A stretch of DNA of 64,000 bases from a virus, in the IMG/VR virus record IMGVR_UViG_3300020421_002453, positions 9,097 to 73,096 of that record, one strand, 5' to 3'. The stretch's first letter is position 1, and each line of letters begins with the position of its first letter. Below, piece by piece: positions 37,088-46,372 of this stretch. The translations under genes and the position numbers were made by a program. Below the pieces are notes generated by a model, which had not been told where the DNA came from, made no database searches, and was given only the letters and a program-made list of their open reading frames with translations.

Positions 37088-37285
37088 ATGAGTGATAATT
37101 TAAAATTGACTTCGGTGAAGATAATCGATGAGTTATATAAAAAATTCAAGAACGAAACAATAGAGAATGAATTTTCATTGCAGAAGTTAGTAAACAGAAC
37201 ACTTGATAGGTTTGTTTACGATGAAGAATTTAGAAAAGAGATATTAGAACACAAGAATCTACATAAGAGTGGGAGTAGATTCTAA
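37088..37285 (+). CDS. Small putative DNA-binding (ribbon-helix-helix-like) protein
   Basis: LTSVKI..ELY..FK......SLQKLVNR strand-helix-helix pattern. Confidence 0.5.
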   Translation: MSDNLKLTSVKIIDELYKKFKNETIENEFSLQKLVNRTLDRFVYDEEFRKEILEHKNLHKSGSRF

Positions 37286-37304
37286 CAAATTTAAAGGGTT
37301 ATAA

Positions 37305-38744
37305 ATGAGTGTAAAACTACCAAAGTTAAAATCAGTTCAAGTAGAAAACATATTCGCTAAGAAGAAGAAAATCCTATTACTATCAGATGACTTGAGAATG
37401 TCAAGTGGTGTTGGTGTAATGTCAAAAGAGATTGTATTGGGTACACTCGATAAGTACGATTGGGTACAGATTGGTGGTGCTATCAAACATCCTGATGAGG
37501 GTAAAGTTTTTGATATGAATGAACAGATACGAAAAGAGACTGGTATAAAAGATGCTAGTTTAAAAATATATCCTACAAGTGGTTATGGTAATCCAGATAT
37601 GTTGAGAAAGATAATGGAAGTAGAAAAACCAGATGCTATCTTACACTATACAGACCCAAGATTCTGGCAGTGGTTATATCAAATGGAACATGAAATCAGA
37701 CAACACATTCCAATATTCTATTATAACATTTGGGATGATTGGCCAGCTCCACAATATAATGAGAATTATTACGAGAGTTGTGATTTGATTATGAATATTT
37801 CTAAACAAACACATTCAATTGTACAAGATGTATGTAAGAACAAACCAAGAACAGATTGGGATTCAACATATGTACCACATGGAATCAACGAAAAAAATTA
37901 CTATCCAATAACAGATGAAAAAGAATTATTGGAGATGAAAAAGTTCAAACAAGAATTATTGGGTGCTAGACCAAATGATTTTACATTATTATATGTAAAC
38001 AGAAACATCAGAAGAAAGATGGTTGGTGATTGTTTATTGGCATTCCAACAATTCGTAAATCAATTACCTGAAGAAAAAAGAAGTAGAGTTACATATGTAA
38101 TGCATACTCAACCAGTAGATAATAATGGTACAGATTTACCACGATTAATAGAACATCTAATGCCTGAAGTTAATGTAGTATTTTCACATAAAAGATTAGA
38201 TGATAAACAAATGAATTATCTATACAATATTGCAGATGTTACAATGAACATTGCAAGTAACGAGGGATTTGGTTTAGGTACTTGTGAATCACTAATGGCT
38301 GGAACACCAATCATAGTAAATGTTACAGGTGGATTACAAGACCAATGTGGATTCAGAATCAAAGATGAACTTGTAAAGTATCAAGATTATAAAGAAATTA
38401 AATCTCTACATGAGTGGAAGAAATGGGAACATAACGAAGAATTAACTTGGGGTGAGTGGGTGAAACCTGTTTGGCCAAAGACTCGTTCATTAATGGGTTC
38501 AGTTCCAACACCATATATTTTTGATGATAGATGTGATTGGGAAGATGCATCAGTTCAAATCAAGAATTGGTATGAGATGGGTAATGAGGCAAGAAAAGAA
38601 TGTGGTTTCAAAGGCCACGAGTTCGTAACAGGTGATGATTCAATGCAAAGTGCTAGATGGATGTGTAAAAACTTTTCAGACCATATGGAAACCGCTATGG
38701 ATAAATTTACACCAAGACAAAAGATTAATGTATACAAGGTATAA
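37305..38744 (+). CDS. Glycosyltransferase, GT-B / family 4
   Basis: SGVG..S, YVPHGI, NRNIRRK, YNIADV...ASNEGFGL...ESLMAGTPII. Confidence 0.9.
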   Translation: MSVKLPKLKSVQVENIFAKKKKILLLSDDLRMSSGVGVMSKEIVLGTLDKYDWVQIGGAIKHPDEGKVFDMNEQIRKETGIKDASLKIYPTSGYGNPDMLRKIMEVEKPDAILHYTDPRFWQWLYQMEHEIRQHIPIFYYNIWDDWPAPQYNENYYESCDLIMNISKQTHSIVQDVCKNKPRTDWDSTYVPHGINEKNYYPITDEKELLEMKKFKQELLGARPNDFTLLYVNRNIRRKMVGDCLLAFQQFVNQLPEEKRSRVTYVMHTQPVDNNGTDLPRLIEHLMPEVNVVFSHKRLDDKQMNYLYNIADVTMNIASNEGFGLGTCESLMAGTPIIVNVTGGLQDQCGFRIKDELVKYQDYKEIKSLHEWKKWEHNEELTWGEWVKPVWPKTRSLMGSVPTPYIFDDRCDWEDASVQIKNWYEMGNEARKECGFKGHEFVTGDDSMQSARWMCKNFSDHMETAMDKFTPRQKINVYKV

Positions 38745-38755
38745 AGGAGAAAACG

Positions 38756-38923
38756 ATGCCAAGAACTAAAGGAAAACAAAGTAGTAGAAACAAAATGACA
38801 AGTGTGAAACCAAAAAGAAAATACACACGAAGAACAAAGGTTGAGAGAAGACAAGAAGAGAATCCTTTTCTAAGGTCAGTAATCGAGGGATTTAAGAAGT
38901 TCTTAGAATCACCATTTAAGTAG
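38756..38923 (+). CDS. Small basic protein (55 aa, not in ORF track)
   Basis: AGGAG RBS; MPRTKGKQSSRNKMTSVKPKRKYTRRTKVERRQEENPFLRSVIEGFKKFLESPFK fills the gap between two GT genes. Confidence 0.7.
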   Translation: MPRTKGKQSSRNKMTSVKPKRKYTRRTKVERRQEENPFLRSVIEGFKKFLESPFK

Positions 38924-38931
38924 AGGTATAA

Positions 38932-40209
38932 ATGAAACCATTAATATTAGTTACAGCACCAATCACAACAAGAAGTGGGTATGGAAATCATTCAAGAGAT
39001 ATCGTTAGAGCTTTAGTTGATTTAGATTATGATGTAAAGATAAATTCAGTTAGGTGGGGAAGTACACCTACAAACGCATTAGAAGAGGGTAATCCAATTC
39101 ATGATGATATAAAGAAGAGAATATTAGACCAACCACGAATGGATAGGCAACCAGATTTACACATACACTTAGTTGTACCAAATGAGTTTCAACCATTGGG
39201 TAAAAAGAATATTGGTATGACGGCTGGAATAGAAACAACTGTTCCTCCTGTAAAGTGGATTGATGGTATGAATCGTATGGATTTAAATATACTAACTTCT
39301 CATTTCTCAAAGACTGGGTTTGATGAGTCTGTATTTGAACAAAAAAACCAACAAGGTCAAGTTACAGGTGAGGTAAAAGCTAAGAAACCTATGGAAGTTT
39401 TATTTGAGGGTGTTGATACTGAGGTTTATCATTCTACAACAAAAATATCTGATGAAGTTCAAGAAGCATTTAGTGAAATAGATTCAGATTGGAATTATTT
39501 ATTTACAGGTCATTGGTTACAAGGTAATCTTGGTGAAGATAGAAAAGATATCGGTATGATGTTGAAAGTATTTTTAGAAACATTCAAGAATAAACCTAAA
39601 CAACCAGGTTTGATTTTAAAAACAAGTGGTGCTACATTCTCTATTATTGATAGAGAAGAGATATTGAATAAGATACGAACTATCAAAGATGATGTTAAGG
39701 GTGATTTACCACCAATTTATTTAATACATGGTGATTTTACAGATGTACAGATGAATGAATTATATAATCATCCAAAAGTAAAAGCACATATTTCTTTCAC
39801 ACATGGTGAGGGATTTGGAAGACCATTGTTAGAGGCTGCTCAAAGTGGTAAACCTATTATTGCTAGTGGTTGGAGTGGACAAACAGATTTCTTGAATCCA
39901 AACTATAGTGTATTGTTAAATGGCTCATTAACTAAAGTTCCACCAAATGCATTTCCAAAAGAAATATATGTTGAGGGTTCTCAATGGTTCACTGTAAATT
40001 ATCAAGAAGCATCAAGTGCTATAGTTGATGTATTTACAAACTACCAAAACTATTTGGTTAAGGCTAAACAATTAGAGGCCTTCACTAAACAACAATTTAG
40101 TTACGAGAAAATGAGAGATAAGTTAAATAAGATAATTGAACCACTACTTGATTCAGTACCAAAACAAGTAGAGTTAAAATTACCAAAACTTAAGAAGGTG
40201 GAGAAGTAA
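38932..40209 (+). CDS. Glycosyltransferase, GT-B / family 4
   Basis: TRSGYG.HSR, RKDIG, GEGFGRPLLEA..SGKPII.SGWSG..DF. Confidence 0.9.
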   Translation: MKPLILVTAPITTRSGYGNHSRDIVRALVDLDYDVKINSVRWGSTPTNALEEGNPIHDDIKKRILDQPRMDRQPDLHIHLVVPNEFQPLGKKNIGMTAGIETTVPPVKWIDGMNRMDLNILTSHFSKTGFDESVFEQKNQQGQVTGEVKAKKPMEVLFEGVDTEVYHSTTKISDEVQEAFSEIDSDWNYLFTGHWLQGNLGEDRKDIGMMLKVFLETFKNKPKQPGLILKTSGATFSIIDREEILNKIRTIKDDVKGDLPPIYLIHGDFTDVQMNELYNHPKVKAHISFTHGEGFGRPLLEAAQSGKPIIASGWSGQTDFLNPNYSVLLNGSLTKVPPNAFPKEIYVEGSQWFTVNYQEASSAIVDVFTNYQNYLVKAKQLEAFTKQQFSYEKMRDKLNKIIEPLLDSVPKQVELKLPKLKKVEK

Positions 40210-40679
40210 TGGCTGAAAAAGTAATAACTTGTCCTGTATGTTTTAGTGGAGATAGATGTTTCGAAGATGTACAAGAACAGGCAGAAAAAACATTTAGTTC
40301 ATATATGTGTTTTAAATGTGGATACACAAGTAATTCATCATATAAATGGGAATCACAAGAACTCAAACAGGCACAATTGGGTGCTACTCAATTGATGAAT
40401 GATGTATCATTTTATGATGAAGATAGAGAGATAATGTGGTTTCCATCAGTATTAAACATGGGTTCTCTTGGTATGATTTATCCTGAGGGTATTGAAACCA
40501 ATTGGGTATATAAGTTTGCTCAAGTAAGAAAACTTACAGAGTTGGAAAAGAAAGACCCTAAGTATAAAGGTCATGAACAAATGTTAGATGTAGAAGATGC
40601 CAAAGAATACGGTCAGTACGAATTCTTAGATGCTTGTAAAGATATGGGTGTGATAAAGGATTTAGATAGTGGCTCTTAA
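40209..40679 (+). CDS. Hypothetical protein with N-terminal zinc ribbon
   Basis: CPVC...CFKCG. Confidence 0.6.
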   Translation: MAEKVITCPVCFSGDRCFEDVQEQAEKTFSSYMCFKCGYTSNSSYKWESQELKQAQLGATQLMNDVSFYDEDREIMWFPSVLNMGSLGMIYPEGIETNWVYKFAQVRKLTELEKKDPKYKGHEQMLDVEDAKEYGQYEFLDACKDMGVIKDLDSGS

Positions 40680-41175
40680 AAACACAAGTTGGGATAAAGT
40701 TGAATCAGGTCAGATAGTTAACTTCGTTTATAAAAGTAAGAAAGAAAAAAAAGGTACTAAACGAACCGTAATTATTATTAATTCTGATTACAAATATAGA
40801 AAAAAGAGTACTGGTAGAATCAAACGATTTGTAGTTGGGTTACAAATAGATATTGCAGGTCAAAGGCCTGTTCCAAAAAACCAATTGAATCAAATATTTG
40901 AAAGTTTTGGTGGCATGGAAATAGAGGGTGATGCTCTTGCTGTAAAGATGACAGATAGTGTAAACAAAAATAAACTTGCTACTGAAAAAACATATCAGAA
41001 GTTGAGAACCATAGTTAACAGATATGATATGTGGAGAACATTTGATAGAAGAGAATGTGCAAAGAGAAGAGTATATCTTGAAGTAGATTACAACAGAGTA
41101 CCACAAAATATTATAGACAACTTTCAAAAAGAACAATCAACGAAAATAATGGAACAATTAGAATATGAAAATTAG
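40669..41175 (+). CDS. Hypothetical protein
   Basis: 168-aa ORF overlapping its neighbours. Confidence 0.6.
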   Translation: MALKNTSWDKVESGQIVNFVYKSKKEKKGTKRTVIIINSDYKYRKKSTGRIKRFVVGLQIDIAGQRPVPKNQLNQIFESFGGMEIEGDALAVKMTDSVNKNKLATEKTYQKLRTIVNRYDMWRTFDRRECAKRRVYLEVDYNRVPQNIIDNFQKEQSTKIMEQLEYEN

Positions 41176-41812
41176 TTATGGGATTACGGTTTGTAATGAA
41201 CAGGCCGAGTTGGATAATTTATTACATCATTTATCTAAACACATTAGAGAAGAAGATGAAGTGGTGGTTACACAAGATGTGAGTAATGAACATAAGGGTG
41301 TAAGTAAGGTTATTGAAAAGTATGAGTATAGTGATTACTTTAGAAATTTTAATGTAAATACATTTAATTTTAATGGTGATTTTTCTGAACTAAAAAATTA
41401 TACAAAATCAGAATGTAGTGGTGATTATATATTTCACTTAGATGCTGATGAAATACCGAATCCAATTCTGATAGAACAATTACCAGAAATATTATCAATT
41501 AATGATACAGATTTATTATGGGTTCCAAGAATCAATATTGTGGATGGAATAACACCTAAACACATGGAGATGTGGGGGTGGGGTGCTACAGAACAAGGTT
41601 GGATAAACTTTCCTGATTATCAGGCAAGAGTTTTTAGAAATACAGAAGATATTAAATGGAAAAGACCAGTACACGAACATATTTGGGGTTGTACAACATA
41701 CTCACATTTACCACCACATGAAGAATTAACATTAAAGCATGTTAAAGATATTAAAAAACAAGAAAAACAAAACAATTTATATGGCGACATAGTAAGGAGA
41801 AGAAATGGCTAA
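41165..41812 (+). CDS. Glycosyltransferase family 2
   Basis: ISYGITVCNE, DFS..KN, YIFHLDADE, PDYQ.R, W...VHE. Confidence 0.88.
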   Translation: MKISYGITVCNEQAELDNLLHHLSKHIREEDEVVVTQDVSNEHKGVSKVIEKYEYSDYFRNFNVNTFNFNGDFSELKNYTKSECSGDYIFHLDADEIPNPILIEQLPEILSINDTDLLWVPRINIVDGITPKHMEMWGWGATEQGWINFPDYQARVFRNTEDIKWKRPVHEHIWGCTTYSHLPPHEELTLKHVKDIKKQEKQNNLYGDIVRRRNG

Positions 41813-42113
41813 ACAATTAAGACCGTTAGATGCAAGAGTAATTGTAGAAAAGAGAAAAGCAAAAGAACAAACAGAGGGTGGTATTATCTTACCAGATAGT
41901 ATTAATGACCAAAAGCAAACATCACAAGGTGTGGTTCTATCAGTTGGGCCAGGTTCAAGGAATATGAATGATGGTGAACCAATGTCAATGGATATTAAGG
42001 TTGGTGATACTGTGATTTACCAAAAGTTTACAGGTATTGAAATGGAATATGATAATAAAGAAGTTGTTATTGTACCAGAGAGAGATATTATTGCTGTGGA
42101 GGAAGAATGTTAA
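41805..42113 (+). CDS. groES: Co-chaperonin GroES
   Basis: LRPL..RVIV, T.GGIILPD, G.V..VGPG, KVGD.V.Y.KF.G.E, ERDIIA. Confidence 0.95.
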   Translation: MAKQLRPLDARVIVEKRKAKEQTEGGIILPDSINDQKQTSQGVVLSVGPGSRNMNDGEPMSMDIKVGDTVIYQKFTGIEMEYDNKEVVIVPERDIIAVEEEC

Positions 42114-43066
42114 ATATTGAAAACTTAGAACAAGTATTTCACAAAGTAGTTCAGAGTGATGATTGGAAAGAACTACAAGAAAAGTTTAATGATTGTGATG
42201 ATATATATGTACTTGGTCATGGTGGTAATTTGGCAGTTGCAGACCATGCAGCCATTGATATATCGAGGTTGAGTAATGGTACAAAAAATGCTCAATGCCC
42301 TGGTAGTGGAACCGTAGTTACATCACTAATCAATGATACTAACTTTGACCAATGGATGGTTCAATGGTTAAAAATGGTAACATCAAGTAAAACAGAATCC
42401 CAAATGAAGAAATCTTTAATCTTGGGATTTTCTTCTTCAGGTACATCAAGAGATATTGTTAAGGCTTTACAATGGGGGTATTCTAATGATATGCAATTGG
42501 GTTGTATAACAGCCAAACCATTAATTGAAACTGTACCTAAAACATCAGAAGTAAGAATGGGTGTTGATTATTATCACACAGCAGAAGTATTATCATTACT
42601 ACTACAATATGAATTAACACATGGTAGTGGTAAAGTTTGTCCACCAATCGGAGGAAACAGACCAGAAGATATTGCACATTATAATAGTGAGAGAGATGTT
42701 CGTGAAATTGGATTTAAGGATGAAACAAAAAACATTGCTATTGATTTTGATGGTGTAATACATAAAAATTCAAAAGGTTATCACGATGGTACAATTTATG
42801 ATGAACCAATGGAAAACTCTTATCATGCATTAGAGAAGTTATCAATGGATTATGATGTAGTTATTTTTACTTGTAAGGCCAAACCAGATAGAGGATTAGT
42901 GAATGGTAAGACAGGAACTGAATTAGTTTGGGAATGGTTAGTGAAATATGATATGGCACAATTTGTAACCAAAGTTACATCAGAGAAACCAAGAGGTGTT
43001 CAGTATATAGATGATAAAGGATATCAGTTCACTACATGGAATAAATATTGGGATGATAATGCATGA
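42107..43066 (+). CDS. SIS-domain sugar-phosphate isomerase (GmhA-like) fused to HAD phosphatase
   Basis: GHGGNLAVADH, ND, GFSSSGTS..IVKA (SIS); IAIDFDGVIH, T, KP...YIDD (HAD). Confidence 0.8.
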   Translation: MLNIENLEQVFHKVVQSDDWKELQEKFNDCDDIYVLGHGGNLAVADHAAIDISRLSNGTKNAQCPGSGTVVTSLINDTNFDQWMVQWLKMVTSSKTESQMKKSLILGFSSSGTSRDIVKALQWGYSNDMQLGCITAKPLIETVPKTSEVRMGVDYYHTAEVLSLLLQYELTHGSGKVCPPIGGNRPEDIAHYNSERDVREIGFKDETKNIAIDFDGVIHKNSKGYHDGTIYDEPMENSYHALEKLSMDYDVVIFTCKAKPDRGLVNGKTGTELVWEWLVKYDMAQFVTKVTSEKPRGVQYIDDKGYQFTTWNKYWDDNA

Positions 43067-43796
43067 GATAACTGCTGTAGTACCTACAAGAAAGGGTTCT
43101 GAAAGAGTAAAGAGTAAGAACACTCGACCATTTGCTGGTAAGAGTTTGTTGGAAGTTAAACTTGAAACATTACTTTATCTTAAAGATAACACTACGAGAT
43201 TTATAAAAGATATAGTTGTTAATAGTGATTGTGAAGAATCACGAAGAATTGCAGAATCATATGGAGTACCATTTATAGAAAGAGACCCTTACTTGGCATC
43301 ATCAGATGCTCCGATAGTAGATTATTGGAAAGAGGTTTTATTAAATACTAAAACAGAACATTCTATGTTATGTCAATGTACAAGTCCACTAATTAGTTAC
43401 CCAACATACACGAGAGCTATATGTGCTTATAATGGTAAATCTTTAATATGTGTAGATGATGTAAAAGATTATTTATGGTATGACCATGTTACACATGATG
43501 AACCACACAATTACGATTGGCCAAACCATCCAAAAAGTCAAGACCTTGATGGACATTTTTATAAGTTGAATTTTGGGATTGCAATTATTTCAAAAGAAGA
43601 ATTAAAAGAATTTAATAATATTAAAACACCGAATAGTATTCACTATCATTTGAGTGAACATGAGAACTTAGATATAGATAATACTACAGAATTTAAAATA
43701 GCGGAGATGATGTATAAGGAAAAGACTGATATAGAGATGATGTATCAAGAAAAGATGATTGCATTAAAGGAGAACAATGATGGAAATACTGAATAG
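43059..43796 (+). CDS. Acylneuraminate/nonulosonate cytidylyltransferase (NeuA/PseF-like)
   Basis: AVVP.RKGSERVKSKN.RPFAGKSL, QCTSPL, DID...EF..AE; start refined from 43011. Confidence 0.85.
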   Translation: MHEITAVVPTRKGSERVKSKNTRPFAGKSLLEVKLETLLYLKDNTTRFIKDIVVNSDCEESRRIAESYGVPFIERDPYLASSDAPIVDYWKEVLLNTKTEHSMLCQCTSPLISYPTYTRAICAYNGKSLICVDDVKDYLWYDHVTHDEPHNYDWPNHPKSQDLDGHFYKLNFGIAIISKEELKEFNNIKTPNSIHYHLSEHENLDIDNTTEFKIAEMMYKEKTDIEMMYQEKMIALKENNDGNTE

Positions 43797-44523
43797 AAAC
43801 GCAAACGAAGTTACAACACTAAGGTTAGATTCACCTTATCCAGTATGGGTAATAGATAATTTTTTAAATGATATGACACTAAGAATGATACATGATAGAT
43901 GGCCAAAGTTAGATGACCAAAACTGGCATGGTGGACATGAAATGATTGATGGTGAGAAGAACATACTTGAACAAGGTATGATTTCTTATGATACATCAGA
44001 TACGAGAGGAATACTTCACGATTTTATAGAATACATTCATGGTGATGAGTTTACAGAAAGATTAGAAGATATTACTGGTATAGGTGGTTTAGTACCTGAT
44101 TATCATATGAGATGGTCAGGAATAAGAACTATGGTAAAGGATGGATTTCAGGCAGTTCATAGTGATGCCAGAGTTAGTCCTGAAACAGGATTAAGAAAAG
44201 AACTAACTTGTTTAATCTATTTTAATGAGGATTGGAAACCAAAAGATAGTGGGTACTTTGAAGTGTGGAATGATGATATGACAAAATGTACACATTCATT
44301 GGCACCACTTAATAATAGATTAGTTATATTTCAAAATTCAGATAAATCTTATCATGGTGTACCAGAAGTAAATAAGGAAAGAAAATCTATAACATGGAGT
44401 GTTTTAAAAAGCGGTAAAGTTGGTGATAGAAGTAAAGCACTATTTGTTTCACGACCACAAGATGATAAAAAGGTTGGTGAATTAGGAAAAAAACGAGCTC
44501 TTGTAAAAGATGCTCACAAGTAA
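43777..44523 (+). CDS. 2OG-Fe(II) oxygenase
   Basis: PYP.WVIDNFL, HSD, L..LIYFN.DW....G..E.W, NRLVIF.....YHGV, RKS. Confidence 0.85.
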   Translation: MMEILNRNANEVTTLRLDSPYPVWVIDNFLNDMTLRMIHDRWPKLDDQNWHGGHEMIDGEKNILEQGMISYDTSDTRGILHDFIEYIHGDEFTERLEDITGIGGLVPDYHMRWSGIRTMVKDGFQAVHSDARVSPETGLRKELTCLIYFNEDWKPKDSGYFEVWNDDMTKCTHSLAPLNNRLVIFQNSDKSYHGVPEVNKERKSITWSVLKSGKVGDRSKALFVSRPQDDKKVGELGKKRALVKDAHK

Positions 44524-44534
44524 ACGGAGTTAAT

Positions 44535-45665
44535 ATGAAATATCCAATGTTTAAGGTTCACATTGATACAAAGAAGGCATTAGAACAGATAGAACCAGTT
44601 CTAAATAGTGGATTTGTAAATGAGGGTGAACAAGTTACAGAACTAACACAATATTTTAAAGAGTGGTTTAACCATGAAAAAACTATTGCACTTAATAGTT
44701 GTACATCTGCTCTTACCTTGGCATTGAAGTTAAGTGATGTAGGGCCAGGTGATGAAGTTATTGCCACATCAATGACTTGTGTTGCATCAAACACACCAAT
44801 ACATACATTTGGTGCAAAAGTGGTATGGGCTGATATCAATCACAATACTGGTAACATTAATCCTGATGAAATTGAAAAACTAATTACACCAAAAACAAAA
44901 GCATTATTGTGTGTTAATTGGTCAGGTCTTCCATGTGATTTAAAAAAGATATATGATATTTGTGAGAAACATGGTATAAAGTTTATCCAAGATGCAGCTC
45001 ATTCAATAGGAGCACTATATAATAATAGTGAAATACATCATTTTGCACATTACACTTGTTATAGTTTACAGGCCATCAAACACATAACAACAGGTGATGG
45101 TGGATTATTAGTTGTGAATACTGATAAAGAAGATTTCCAAAGAGCCAAAGCTCTAAAGTGGTTTGGTATAGATAGAGATGCAACCAAAGATGAGAAAGGT
45201 GAGTGGAAAGGACAAAGATGGGAAATGGATGTTGTTGAGGCTGGGTTTAAGTTTCATATGAATAACATTACAGCTGCCATTGGATTATCACAAATTCCAC
45301 ACATGGATAGGATTTTAAACAAACACAAATTTAATGGGTTGTTGTATGAACAATTATTTAAAGACCATAAAGATATAAATGGATTACAATATCCTAAAGG
45401 TTCAATACCAACATTTTGGGTGTACACTTTGATACTATCAGAACATTTAGATAGAGATAAGATAATACAAGAGTTGAATGATGAGGGAATAAATGCTGGG
45501 TTGGTTCATACACCTAATCACTACTACACTTGTTTTGATGATAGTATGGTAGATTTACCTGAAACAGATTACTTTCATAAACATCAAATCTCATTACCTT
45601 GTGGTTGGTGGTTAGAGAGTGAAGATATACAAATTATTGCGGAAACATTAATAAGTAAAGTATGA
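44535..45665 (+). CDS. DegT/DnrJ/EryC1/StrS sugar aminotransferase
   Basis: NSCTSAL.LAL, VGPGDEVI, DAAHS.G, SLQAIKHITTGDGG. Confidence 0.93.
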   Translation: MKYPMFKVHIDTKKALEQIEPVLNSGFVNEGEQVTELTQYFKEWFNHEKTIALNSCTSALTLALKLSDVGPGDEVIATSMTCVASNTPIHTFGAKVVWADINHNTGNINPDEIEKLITPKTKALLCVNWSGLPCDLKKIYDICEKHGIKFIQDAAHSIGALYNNSEIHHFAHYTCYSLQAIKHITTGDGGLLVVNTDKEDFQRAKALKWFGIDRDATKDEKGEWKGQRWEMDVVEAGFKFHMNNITAAIGLSQIPHMDRILNKHKFNGLLYEQLFKDHKDINGLQYPKGSIPTFWVYTLILSEHLDRDKIIQELNDEGINAGLVHTPNHYYTCFDDSMVDLPETDYFHKHQISLPCGWWLESEDIQIIAETLISKV

Positions 45666-46372
45666 GAAAGATAGCCATATTAGGAAGTAGAGATATCTCA
45701 GTAAAAATACTTGAGTGGATTATCAAACAGAATGATTGTGAGATAGTTGGGGTTGTTGCACCAACATTCAAAACATGGTGGGATGATAAACTAAAGATTA
45801 GAGCTAAACAATGGGGAATAGATACATTTGATGATATTCAAGATGTAATAGATTTAAAACCTGATGTGATATTCTCTATTAATTATTGGAAGTTAATTAC
45901 AGAAGAACATATCAATGCTATGGGTGGTAATATAATTAATTTACATCATTCATATAAATTAAACTACAGAGGTAGGTATATGTGTAGTTGGGCTATTGTG
46001 AATGGTGAAAGATATCATGGAACAACATTACATTATATTACACCAGAGTTAGATGATGGGCCAATAATAGAAAGTTATAAATGTGATATTAAAGAAGATG
46101 ATACTTCTGAAACACTATTTAATAGAGTGGAAAAGTTGGGTTATAAAATGTTCCAAGATACATATCATAAAATAATGAGTGGTGGGGTTACTAATTTTAT
46201 AGAACCACATCCATATCCAAAACATTATGATATAGATTCTAATAAAAACTTGGAGATAGAATATCCACAACCATTAGAAAAAATTTACGATTTTGTTAGG
46301 GCTTGGAGTTTCAAAGATAGACCAGGACCGTATTTCACACACAATGGAAAAAAGATAAAGTTAAAGATATGA
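45662..46372 (+). CDS. Sugar N-formyltransferase
   Basis: INLHHS....YRG, G.TLH.I..ELDDGPII; follows the aminotransferase. Confidence 0.85.
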   Translation: MRKIAILGSRDISVKILEWIIKQNDCEIVGVVAPTFKTWWDDKLKIRAKQWGIDTFDDIQDVIDLKPDVIFSINYWKLITEEHINAMGGNIINLHHSYKLNYRGRYMCSWAIVNGERYHGTTLHYITPELDDGPIIESYKCDIKEDDTSETLFNRVEKLGYKMFQDTYHKIMSGGVTNFIEPHPYPKHYDIDSNKNLEIEYPQPLEKIYDFVRAWSFKDRPGPYFTHNGKKIKLKI

